From IMG/VR virus record IMGVR_UViG_3300045412_000261, positions 78,582-142,581 of that record: 64,000 bases of DNA; one strand, 5' to 3'. Positions 21,165-30,140 of this stretch are shown here, in pieces. The notes below the pieces were generated by a model, which was not told where the DNA came from, did no database searches, and was given only the letters and a program-made list of their open reading frames with translations. Position numbers and translations under genes: made by a program. Source of the DNA: a virus. How positions within the stretch are numbered: position 1 is the stretch's first letter; each line of letters begins with the position of its first letter.

Positions 21165-21720
21165 CACATTGTCTTTTATGTCAGAACATGATAGGGTGAT
21201 GTTTTTGTATAATAACATCTTGCTAAAGAATCCCGATGACAATTTTGATTTAAATAAGGAAACATTTAACATGCTATTTTCTAATGATTCTACCAATTCT
21301 GACATTTTTGGTAATATGTTGCATGATTCAAGAGAAATGAATGACTTTTTTTCATTTTTAGACAATAATGAAAATTTTATAAGTCCCGAGGATGAAAACT
21401 TCGATGCTTTTTCTTATTCCGATGAAGAAATGGATAGCATGTTAGATGAATTAGGAGATGAAGAACATTTATTTAATTCGGATGATAGCTTAGAAGTAGA
21501 AGTTATTATAAATGATGATATCTTATTGGTGTTTTCTAATACTGAGGAGGATATACATACTTATATCTACAATTATTGTTTTTTAGATGGTTACATATAT
21601 ACTAAAATACCTGATCAAGAAATAGATAAGATAAAAACATTAGACATAGTAACTGGTTATAAGTTTAAGAAAGTATATAAGATTCTTGGGAAATTAGAAA
21701 ATGATATTTGTTACAATTAA
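21139..21720 (+). CDS. Hypothetical acidic protein
   Basis: 193 aa, Asp/Glu-rich. Confidence 0.7.
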   Translation: MNLKKRLNDTLSFMSEHDRVMFLYNNILLKNPDDNFDLNKETFNMLFSNDSTNSDIFGNMLHDSREMNDFFSFLDNNENFISPEDENFDAFSYSDEEMDSMLDELGDEEHLFNSDDSLEVEVIINDDILLVFSNTEEDIHTYIYNYCFLDGYIYTKIPDQEIDKIKTLDIVTGYKFKKVYKILGKLENDICYN

Positions 21721-21793
21721 TTTAACATAAAATGGCACATATTTTGAAGATTTGATGATATATATTATTAGTTAACTCTTTAAAATAAATAAA

Positions 21794-22174
21794 ATGGCAA
21801 ATTTTGATGATTTAGGTTACGACGAAGTGGTAGATACTATCTGCGACGTAATTGAACTAGGTAAAAATGTAAAAAACGTATTTGCTGACGGATTCCAATT
21901 AATTCCTGATCTTATTGCGTTGACACCTGAATTCTTTAAAGTTCAAGAGATTATTTCTGATGCTCCTATGGCAATCAACCAACTTAAAAACTTGAGTGTT
22001 GAAGAAGCTAAAAAAGCACACGCAGAAATCGCAAAGCGCACCGGCGTAGCTCAAGACAAGGTAGTTGACACGGTAACTAAGGGCTTCGGAATTATCGTAG
22101 AATTGTATGAAGTATTTGCTTGGAATCAGGCAAAATTCTTCGCAATCAAGCAAAAAGTTCAAGACCTAGTGTAA
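21794..22174 (+). CDS. Hypothetical protein, probably highly expressed
   Basis: 126 aa; C-ending codon bias unlike neighbours; followed by terminator. Confidence 0.75.
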   Translation: MANFDDLGYDEVVDTICDVIELGKNVKNVFADGFQLIPDLIALTPEFFKVQEIISDAPMAINQLKNLSVEEAKKAHAEIAKRTGVAQDKVVDTVTKGFGIIVELYEVFAWNQAKFFAIKQKVQDLV

Positions 22175-22195
22175 TTGTAAACTATTCGATTTTTC

Positions 22196-22225
22196 GCCCC
22201 GCTAAAAAAATTGGCGGGGCTTTTT
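22196..22225 (+). terminator. Intrinsic terminator
   Basis: GCCCCGC...GCGGGGC followed by TTTTT. Confidence 0.8.
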
Positions 22226-22243
22226 AATTAATACAAAATGCAA

Positions 22244-22256
22244 TATTTATAATAAA
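22244..22256 (+). promoter_or_regulatory. Candidate late promoter TATTTATWATAAA (other copies at 4175-, 14751-, 20738+, 33946+, 42036+, 53053-)
   Basis: Same motif shortly upstream of several gene starts, mostly structural. Confidence 0.55.
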
Positions 22257-22264
22257 GGTTAATC

Positions 22265-25200
22265 ATGCTAATTTACAGGCCTACGATTATTTCTGGATCA
22301 GGATATTACTCCGGGTCTTTCGATGGAGACGGGTCTAGGTTATATAACATAAGATCCTCCTCTTATGCTCTAACTGCATCTTACGCTCTAAATGGAGGAG
22401 GTGGTGGTGGCACAGGAGCTGGCTTTCCTTTTTCCGGAGCAGCAGTAATAACAGGATCTTTGACCGTTTCTGGTTCTTATGTTGACTTTTCCGATGTAGT
22501 TTATATAACAGGTTCTAGATTAAGAGTTTCTAAATTAAATGTATTATCTGAATTAACTGCGAGTGGACTTAAATATCCGAAGATAGATGGTATTGCTGGT
22601 CAAATTATAGAGACAGATGGAGCTGGTAATTTGTCATTTGGTAATATTGATACTATTGTAGAGAATGTAAAAAACGTATCTGGATATACCTTGTATAAAG
22701 GAACGCCTGTACATGCAACGGGTTCCGGAACATCTGGTAATGTTGTTGGAGTTATTGCTGCTAGTGCTTCCGTAGCTTCTACAATGCCTGCAACTTTTAT
22801 ATTAGCTCAAACATTAGCAGCAGGAGCTGAAGGTCTAGGTATAATATCTGGATTAATAACAGGAGTAAATACATCTGCCTTTAAAAATGGAGAAGTTATA
22901 TATGTTGGAGCTAGAGGGGGATACACTAATGTTGCACCTACTGGTTCAAATCTAGTACAAAATTTAGGTATTGTAACTAAAGTACACCCTACAAATGGCG
23001 GAGGTGTTGTTCTTGGTGCGGGTAGAGCAAATGCAACTCCTAATTTATTAAACGGTCAAATTTTTTACGGAGTAGGAAATAAATCTGTAGCTAGACCTTT
23101 GAGAGATGTTATATCAGGAAGTGCTTTTGTTTTCTCCGGATCTTTTAAGGGAGATGGTAGTGGATTGACAAATGTTTCAGGAGAAAAAGGGCAGAAAGGA
23201 GAGGCGGTAGCGTATATTTATACATCTTCTTTACAGGGAGTTGTAGTTAGTGTAAATCATAATTTAGACCTTGCTTACCCCGTTTACAATATATATGACA
23301 ATTTAGGTAATGAAACAATACCAAAGTCTTTTTCTATAATAAATAATAACACTGTAGAAATAGATTTCGGAGTTCCTTTTACCGGCTCTCTAACCATATC
23401 TTCCGGGGATAAAGGATTAAAAGGAGACAAAGGAAATTTCAAAGGGCAAAAAGGAGAGAAAGGAGATAATAAAGGAAGTAAAGGAAATATAGGACCCAAA
23501 GGAAATATTGGACAAAAAGGAGCTACAGGAAATAAAGGACAAAAAGGAGATATAGGACAGAAAGGTTCTGTAGGTTCAACTGGATTAAAAGGTTCTATCG
23601 GTGAAAAAGGATATAAGGGAGATTTAGGATATAAAGGGGAGATAGGACTAAAAGGTCAAAAAGGAGAAATAGGAGCTTCTGGAAGTAAGGGAAATGCTAG
23701 TACAGTACAAGGACCTAAAGGTATAAAGGGAGATATAGGCCCTTCTGGTAGTAAAGGTAATGCTAGCTCTATCCCAGGACCTTTGGGACCAAAAGGACAA
23801 AAAGGTGAACTTGGTTATAAAGGAAGTAAAGGTAATGCTAGCTCAGTCCAAGGACCTTCGGGAAGTAAAGGCAATAAAGGAGATAATGGTTCTCTATTTA
23901 CGAGTCCGTTATCTGGTTCTTTAGTTACTCTTAATCATGGATTAAACAATAAGTACCCAGTATTTGTAGTTTATGATATTACAGGTTCCGCAATATTCCC
24001 CAACTCTTTTGTTTCTGTAAATTCTAATACATCCCAAGTTTCTTTTGTTGATACTTTTTCCGGCTCTATCAGTATAATGTCAGGAGGACAAAAAGGAGTA
24101 AAAGGAGAAAAAGGAGAATTTAAAGGAGAAAAAGGAACAAAAGGACAAAAAGGATTAAAAGGTGAAGGTACTTTATATACAACTTCTATTAGTGGGTCTA
24201 TAGTAACTATAAATCACAATACAGGACATTTATATCCTATATTTTCTGCTTATAATAAAAATAAAATAGCTGTTCAACCAAAAACCGTACTTGTTATTGA
24301 TTCAAATACGTTACAAGTTGATTTTGGAACTTCTTTTAGCGGGTCTATTTCCGTCGGAAGCGGAGGATTAAATGGATTAAATGGATTAAAAGGAGAGAAA
24401 GGAAATTTCAAAGGAGAGAAGGGAACAAAAGGACAAAAAGGAAACAACGGTCTTTTTCCTTTTTCTGGAGCAGCTTCTATAACCGGGTCTTTAAGCGTAA
24501 CTAATTCTAGTTCATTTTCTCATGTACTTCCTAAACAAAATAATTTATATGATTTAGGAAGCTCAAGTAATAGATGGAGAGATTTGTACTTAACAAGTGC
24601 CTCGATATATTTAGGCAGAACAAAAATAACATCTGGCCCAAATGGTAAGATATCTTTTGTAGATTCTCAGAATCCAAATCAAAAAATAACAGGAAATTAT
24701 ACAGGATCTTTCTCCGGTAGTTTTAACATATCAGGAATAAGACAAGGATCAAATGAAAATAAAGTTTTACTTTTAGATAGCAATAATAACATTATATATA
24801 GAAATAATTTAGCTCTCACGGGATCTAAAGGAAATAAAGGAGATATGGGCCCATCGGGTTCAAATGCAGGAATTCAAACTTATACAAATCCATCTAATAA
24901 TAGAGTTATAACATCAGTTTCATCAACAGAAATAAATGCTGAATCAAATTTAACTTTTGATGGCTCTATTTTGTCTGTAAATTCTAATTCAGCAATAAAA
25001 TTACCTTCTGGAACAACTAATCAAAGACCTGTAAGCTCATCAGCTGGTATGATTAGACTAAATTCCACAAACAGTAGTGTGGAATCCTATATCAGTGGAT
25101 CTTGGCACTCGGTACCATCTTTTCCGGGGCTTAATTCTCAAGTTACTATTATAGGTGGTGGAAGTAGGGGTGGTGTCGGAATTGGTTACTTCTCTATAGG

Positions 25201-25828
25201 TTCTGGAGGAGGAGGAGGAGGAGGAGGAGAGGTAATAAATTTAGATTATTTGTTGTATCCGGGTAGTTATACAGTTATAGTTGCAGCAGGAGGTGGAAAT
25301 TCTTCTTTCGGAAATATAATAGCCACCTCAGGAAGTGTTGGAGGAAATGCATCAGTGTATATTGGCGGATCTGGTGGAGCGGGTAGCTTAACAAAATCAA
25401 CAGGTGGACCCGGAGGTAGCACAAGTGGAGATTTTTATCCATACGATATTTCATTTCCCGGAGTTGGATGCACTGGGCTCTTCTCTGTTTGCACTGGGGA
25501 TACGAGAGCTGGAGGAGGAGGAGGAGGAGGAGCTAGCACTGCTAATCAACTCAATGGAAACACGATATACTCTGGACCGGGAGCAATAGGTTCTTCTGGC
25601 GGTGGTGCGGGAGGAGATGCTTATGTAAATGGAGGCAATGGAGTTGGTAATACAGGAGGAGGAGGAGGAGGAGGAGGTAGTCAAGGAGCTATAGGAGGTA
25701 ACGGAGGTAGTGGTATAGTTGTTATAAAATACGTGGGAAATCCTAAAGCAACCGGAGGTACTATAAGTACTTCAAACGGTTATACAAAACACACATTTAC
25801 TATGACGGGAACATTAGTAGTTTATTAA
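22265..25828 (+). CDS. Tail fibre with Lys-rich collagen repeats and Gly-rich C-terminal domain
   Basis: G-X-K repeats; three HN..YP...YD domains; GTTNQRP..GMIR.N; GGGGG..GGSGIVVIKY. Confidence 0.8.
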   Translation: MLIYRPTIISGSGYYSGSFDGDGSRLYNIRSSSYALTASYALNGGGGGGTGAGFPFSGAAVITGSLTVSGSYVDFSDVVYITGSRLRVSKLNVLSELTASGLKYPKIDGIAGQIIETDGAGNLSFGNIDTIVENVKNVSGYTLYKGTPVHATGSGTSGNVVGVIAASASVASTMPATFILAQTLAAGAEGLGIISGLITGVNTSAFKNGEVIYVGARGGYTNVAPTGSNLVQNLGIVTKVHPTNGGGVVLGAGRANATPNLLNGQIFYGVGNKSVARPLRDVISGSAFVFSGSFKGDGSGLTNVSGEKGQKGEAVAYIYTSSLQGVVVSVNHNLDLAYPVYNIYDNLGNETIPKSFSIINNNTVEIDFGVPFTGSLTISSGDKGLKGDKGNFKGQKGEKGDNKGSKGNIGPKGNIGQKGATGNKGQKGDIGQKGSVGSTGLKGSIGEKGYKGDLGYKGEIGLKGQKGEIGASGSKGNASTVQGPKGIKGDIGPSGSKGNASSIPGPLGPKGQKGELGYKGSKGNASSVQGPSGSKGNKGDNGSLFTSPLSGSLVTLNHGLNNKYPVFVVYDITGSAIFPNSFVSVNSNTSQVSFVDTFSGSISIMSGGQKGVKGEKGEFKGEKGTKGQKGLKGEGTLYTTSISGSIVTINHNTGHLYPIFSAYNKNKIAVQPKTVLVIDSNTLQVDFGTSFSGSISVGSGGLNGLNGLKGEKGNFKGEKGTKGQKGNNGLFPFSGAASITGSLSVTNSSSFSHVLPKQNNLYDLGSSSNRWRDLYLTSASIYLGRTKITSGPNGKISFVDSQNPNQKITGNYTGSFSGSFNISGIRQGSNENKVLLLDSNNNIIYRNNLALTGSKGNKGDMGPSGSNAGIQTYTNPSNNRVITSVSSTEINAESNLTFDGSILSVNSNSAIKLPSGTTNQRPVSSSAGMIRLNSTNSSVESYISGSWHSVPSFPGLNSQVTIIGGGSRGGVGIGYFSIGSGGGGGGGGEVINLDYLLYPGSYTVIVAAGGGNSSFGNIIATSGSVGGNASVYIGGSGGAGSLTKSTGGPGGSTSGDFYPYDISFPGVGCTGLFSVCTGDTRAGGGGGGGASTANQLNGNTIYSGPGAIGSSGGGAGGDAYVNGGNGVGNTGGGGGGGGSQGAIGGNGGSGIVVIKYVGNPKATGGTISTSNGYTKHTFTMTGTLVVY

Positions 25829-25839
25829 AAAATTATTTT

Positions 25840-26265
25840 ATGGCACATTTCGCACAAATAAATGAAAATAATAAAGTTATAAATATTGTTGTCGTTTCTG
25901 ATATTGACTTACAAAGTGGTCTTCATTTAGATATAGAAGAATTAGGAGTTCAATACCTTAAGTCTCTTGTAGGAAACGATACAAATTGGGTAAAAACATC
26001 CTATAACACTAAAGGCGGCATACATTATAACCCGATAACAAATAAACCAAACGAAAATCAATCAAAAGCGTTTAGAAAAAATTATGCTCAGTACGGATAT
26101 ACTTACGACAATCAAAGAGATGCTTTTATTCCTCCAAAACCATACCCATCTTGGATACTAAATGAATTCTCTTGTTTATGGGAACCTCCTATACCCTATC
26201 CTAATGATGGTAATCTGTATGAATGGAATGAAGACACTAAATCATGGGATTTATACACGCCTTAA
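25840..26265 (+). CDS. Fibre-associated protein (MAHFA family), paralog of 34012..34374
   Basis: MAHFA...WVKTSYN...FRKNYA..GYTYD..RDAFIPPKPYPSW. Confidence 0.7.
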   Translation: MAHFAQINENNKVINIVVVSDIDLQSGLHLDIEELGVQYLKSLVGNDTNWVKTSYNTKGGIHYNPITNKPNENQSKAFRKNYAQYGYTYDNQRDAFIPPKPYPSWILNEFSCLWEPPIPYPNDGNLYEWNEDTKSWDLYTP

Positions 26266-26277
26266 ACATAAAGTAAA

Positions 26278-26733
26278 ATGGATTTATATTTTCCTAACAT
26301 AATTACAGGTTCCGGGTATTTCTCTGGTTCTTTTATTGGGGATGGCTCTCAATTATCCGGGGTTACGTCATACACGAATACAGATACATTAAACTATATA
26401 AATTCTATAGGTGTATTATCCGGTTCTTTACCAGCAAATATAATATCAGGCAGTGGGACTAATTCTTACATTCCAAAATACATAGGATCTAAATACATAG
26501 GAAATAGTACAATTCAACAAGTAGGAAATAATGTAAGAGTTACAGGAAGTCTACAGATAACAGGTTCTGTTTTAGCAGAAACCTATTTAGCAAGTAAAAT
26601 ATTCTACAGGAATGCAGTAACAATTAGTTTTAATTACACTATACCATCATCAGAAAATGCTATGAGTGCAGGTGATATTTATATAAAGAGTGGATCTACT
26701 GTGACGGAAAATGGTAATTGGTCAATCGTATAA
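26278..26733 (+). CDS. Short fibre/adaptor sharing the common fibre N-terminus
   Basis: FPNIITGSGYFSGSFIGDGSQL; C-terminal NAMSAG.I.I.SG.TVT..G.WSIV. Confidence 0.65.
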   Translation: MDLYFPNIITGSGYFSGSFIGDGSQLSGVTSYTNTDTLNYINSIGVLSGSLPANIISGSGTNSYIPKYIGSKYIGNSTIQQVGNNVRVTGSLQITGSVLAETYLASKIFYRNAVTISFNYTIPSSENAMSAGDIYIKSGSTVTENGNWSIV

Positions 26734-26742
26734 TACAAATAG

Positions 26743-27342
26743 ATGAGTTCAAAATTAAAAGTAGATACAATAACAAACCAAAGTGAGAGTCAAACATTGA
26801 TGTCTAATGGTGTAATAACAGTAGGAAATAATGTATTAGAGGATTTTACATTACTTTGCGATGGAGGTTCTTACGTTGGAAAAAATGGAACATTCACATC
26901 TCAAAATGTTACTTCTCAATATTCTATTACATCAACTTATACTGATTTAAATGGTTCTTCCATATCATATTTACCTCCCATCGGCACTACATGTGTCGTG
27001 TATTCTTTTCACTATACTCTATATTGGCAAGGTACTAATGCTCATTCTATATCTCACGCTAAATTTTTTATAGATGGAGTTGAAGTAGTGTTCTCAAGAT
27101 TTTCCCACTCTGCACAATACTTAGAATCTTTGCTTACTTTCACCTGGCCTATTTTTATTGGGGGGATAACAAACAATAATACAGGAAGACAATCTACATG
27201 GACAACCCAGAAAACATTAAAATTGCAAATGAGAGAATATGGAGCATCTAATAACATGGATGCACACGGAACTGTCTATTGGGATGGAGGAGGAGGAAAT
27301 CAATTTCACATGCCATCTATAAGCATAAAAGCAATAAAATGA
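26743..27342 (+). CDS. Small fibre-tip/receptor-binding-like protein
   Basis: MSSKLKVDTI start; beta-rich C-terminal domain. Confidence 0.55.
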   Translation: MSSKLKVDTITNQSESQTLMSNGVITVGNNVLEDFTLLCDGGSYVGKNGTFTSQNVTSQYSITSTYTDLNGSSISYLPPIGTTCVVYSFHYTLYWQGTNAHSISHAKFFIDGVEVVFSRFSHSAQYLESLLTFTWPIFIGGITNNNTGRQSTWTTQKTLKLQMREYGASNNMDAHGTVYWDGGGGNQFHMPSISIKAIK

Positions 27343-27896
27343 GTACATTAATTGTAGATAAAATAACATCATTAAATAATAACATAACAATAGATGGAAA
27401 TCTAAATGTTAGTGGATCAATTAATGTAAATGGAACAAACATCATTACTCCATTAGCTAACGAGATAGTTCAACAAGTATATGTTCAAACTTATAATCCA
27501 AATCACATAACTGTTACATCTACATCTGAAGTAGCATTATCCACAACTATTTCAATTACTCCAAAATATTCAAATAGCATTATAAGAGTTGAATTTTATT
27601 CTACCATGATGTACGGAGCAGCTAACGCAATAGTAGCAGCATTATACAGGAAAATAGGAGCAGGATCATTTACATCTATAATTGCCATAACTCAAACAAA
27701 TCCTTTAACTTATTATGGCTGGTTTTATCATACTAGTAGTTGGGGCCCTTATAAAGCTATATATTTTGATTCACCTGCAACAACGCAACAAGTTACTTAC
27801 GAATTAAGATACCGAAACATATCAACTACAGCAACAAATTATTTAGTTCATGCTACACAATATTATGGTTGGATATTAACAGAAATAAAAGTATAA
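27339..27896 (+). CDS. Small fibre-tip-like protein (paralog of 27898..28461)
   Basis: ATG at 27339 overlaps upstream stop; MSTLIVDKI...SITPKYSNS.I.VEF...D.P.TT.QVTY. Confidence 0.6.
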   Translation: MSTLIVDKITSLNNNITIDGNLNVSGSINVNGTNIITPLANEIVQQVYVQTYNPNHITVTSTSEVALSTTISITPKYSNSIIRVEFYSTMMYGAANAIVAALYRKIGAGSFTSIIAITQTNPLTYYGWFYHTSSWGPYKAIYFDSPATTQQVTYELRYRNISTTATNYLVHATQYYGWILTEIKV

Positions 27897-27897
27897 T

Positions 27898-28461
27898 ATG
27901 GGAAATACAAGTTTAAATAAAATAGACCCATTATATAATAACACCTTAAATATAAAATCAAATATTAATTTATCTGGTTCGGTATCTTTAAATTCATATA
28001 GCTTAAATAAATCATCTCCCGGAGAAATAGTACAAGTAAGATATGTTCAATCTACAAGTCCCACTCATATAGAGACAACAACTACTAATGAAGCCATTCT
28101 TGATTTAACCGTTTCTATAACACCAAAATATAAAGACAGTACTATAAAAGTAGAGTTTAATTCCTCGATGATGCACGGAGGAAATTCCGAAGCCATAGTT
28201 GTAGCCTTATATAGAAAAATAGGAAAAGATGTCTTTTTTCCTATATTACCTATAAATGGTTCTGGCCCCTTAACTATTTATGGCTGGTTTTATGATTCTA
28301 ACACATGGAGAAATATGGAAATACCTTATTTTGATATGCCTAATACTACAGAGCAAGTTACTTATCAAATAAGATATAGAAAATGGGGTGGAACAATCGT
28401 AAATTATCTAGTACATCAAACAATGTATTATGGGTGGATATTAACTGAAATAAAATCATAG
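27898..28461 (+). CDS. Small fibre-tip-like protein
   Basis: Colinear with the preceding gene (NYLVH...YYGWILTEIK). Confidence 0.6.
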   Translation: MGNTSLNKIDPLYNNTLNIKSNINLSGSVSLNSYSLNKSSPGEIVQVRYVQSTSPTHIETTTTNEAILDLTVSITPKYKDSTIKVEFNSSMMHGGNSEAIVVALYRKIGKDVFFPILPINGSGPLTIYGWFYDSNTWRNMEIPYFDMPNTTEQVTYQIRYRKWGGTIVNYLVHQTMYYGWILTEIKS

Positions 28462-28463
28462 AA

Positions 28464-29024
28464 ATGGGAACACTTAGCGTAAACAAATTACAAGCTCAAG
28501 TAGGTAGCAATATAGAATTAACAGGTAACATGGTAGCATCCGGGGCGATAACTGACAGCCATGCTAAAGTTGTTCAATATCTATATGCTATTAGCGGTCC
28601 CGCACGTCAAACAATAAGTAGCCTAACCCCTGTTACTATAAGCGGATTATCATTAACGATTACTCCAAAATATTCAAACAGTTTAATTGTTATAGAAGGC
28701 GTAATTCTTAGCTCTAATACTCACGTATCTTCGTATGGGGTTTTCAAGGATGGTGTCGCTACTGTGTCTACTACTGGACAGACAAATTCTAACGAGCCCA
28801 ATATGCAAGTAACTAATTATATAGGAAGTGCTACTACTGATGAACTATGGACAATTCCTATTAGACATCATGAAATATCTTCTACTTTACTTGCTAGAAC
28901 CTATGATATTAGAGCTACGGCAGGATGGTCCGGAACTGCTTATGCTCTATACATAAATAACAGGTCATCTAATGATATGGCAGGATTTAGTTATATGATT
29001 GTAAAAGAGATAAAAATAAGCTAA
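28464..29024 (+). CDS. Small fibre-tip-like protein
   Basis: MGTLSVNKL; LSLTITPKYSNSLIVI. Confidence 0.55.
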   Translation: MGTLSVNKLQAQVGSNIELTGNMVASGAITDSHAKVVQYLYAISGPARQTISSLTPVTISGLSLTITPKYSNSLIVIEGVILSSNTHVSSYGVFKDGVATVSTTGQTNSNEPNMQVTNYIGSATTDELWTIPIRHHEISSTLLARTYDIRATAGWSGTAYALYINNRSSNDMAGFSYMIVKEIKIS

Positions 29025-29025
29025 C

Positions 29026-29397
29026 ATGAAATATCAAATAGAACATGCTTTAAAAATATTATCTCCGAATGCTCAATATAGTATAATAGGAGACGATTAT
29101 GAAAATATATATTGGATTGATGAAAATGAATATAAGCCCTCTATAAATGAAATACAAAATAAAATAGAGGAATTACATGTAGAAGAACCTATGAGATTAC
29201 TTCGCATTGAAAGGAATAAATTATTGGCAGATGTAGATTGGGAAGTTATAAAATCAATTTCGAGAGGTGAGCAAATAAGCATAGAATTATCCACTTACAT
29301 GCAGGAGTTAAGAGATTTACCCAATAACTCAAATCCAACATTAGACAATACTTATAATTTAGACATGTCATCTGTAAATTGGCCAATAAAACCTTAA
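29026..29397 (+). CDS. Tail fibre assembly chaperone-like protein
   Basis: LRIERNKLLADVDW...YMQELRDLP...WPIKP motif. Confidence 0.75.
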   Translation: MKYQIEHALKILSPNAQYSIIGDDYENIYWIDENEYKPSINEIQNKIEELHVEEPMRLLRIERNKLLADVDWEVIKSISRGEQISIELSTYMQELRDLPNNSNPTLDNTYNLDMSSVNWPIKP

Positions 29398-29400
29398 TAA

Positions 29401-30120
29401 ATGAAATTTTTATATCCTACTATAATATCGGGTTCTGGTAATTTTAAAGGACATTTTACAGGTTCTTTTTCTGGTGACGGATCTAATTTATTGAATGTCA
29501 TATCATATACTAATTCCGATACTTTAAGTTATATAAATTCTAGAAATGTTGTATCTGGATCATCTCAAATATCATATCCATCAATATCTAATAGACCTCC
29601 ATTCATAATATCTGGAAGTGGCATGTATTTTAATGGAAACAATATTGGGATAGGTGTAAAAAATCCATCATCTAAATTTCAAATATCTGGATCTTCGTCA
29701 TCTTTAGTCAATGTAACAAGAGGTGGTAATTCATATTTTTACATTAGCGGTAGCGGAAATATTGGAGTATCTACAACATCTCCTACTCATAAATTTACTA
29801 TAAGCGGTTCTTTAAAAACTACAACTATAGCGGATTCATCTAACTCTATAGGTTCTTTAAATCAAGTTCTAACATCTACCGGAAATTCATTATCCTGGAT
29901 TAATCCACTAATAAAACAAATTCAAATAGGTTCCACCTTAATAGGAACTACTTCTAGCGATATTAATTTTTCTACACCTTTTACTAATACTCCGGTAGTT
30001 GTATTGTCATCTGCCGTAGGAGCAGCTATTTCTATAACATCAATAACAACTACTTTTTTTAGGGTAACTAATCCGACATCGGCTCATACAATATACTGGA
30101 TAGCTGTTACATTAAACTAA
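29401..30120 (+). CDS. Short tail fibre
   Basis: Shared fibre N-terminus; GNIGIG...P repeats; F..PF.NTP.VV C-terminal domain. Confidence 0.7.
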   Translation: MKFLYPTIISGSGNFKGHFTGSFSGDGSNLLNVISYTNSDTLSYINSRNVVSGSSQISYPSISNRPPFIISGSGMYFNGNNIGIGVKNPSSKFQISGSSSSLVNVTRGGNSYFYISGSGNIGVSTTSPTHKFTISGSLKTTTIADSSNSIGSLNQVLTSTGNSLSWINPLIKQIQIGSTLIGTTSSDINFSTPFTNTPVVVLSSAVGAAISITSITTTFFRVTNPTSAHTIYWIAVTLN

Positions 30121-30140
30121 GTAAATATAAAATTTAAAAA

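Noticed and set aside
25205-25677. (GGA)n tracts as phase-variation switches
   Set aside because: Triplet units keep the frame and simply encode the poly-Gly of the tip domain.
27339-28461. Diversity-generating retroelement TR/VR pair
   Set aside because: Differences between the paralogs are not adenine-specific, both copies are coding, and there is no reverse transcriptase in the window.
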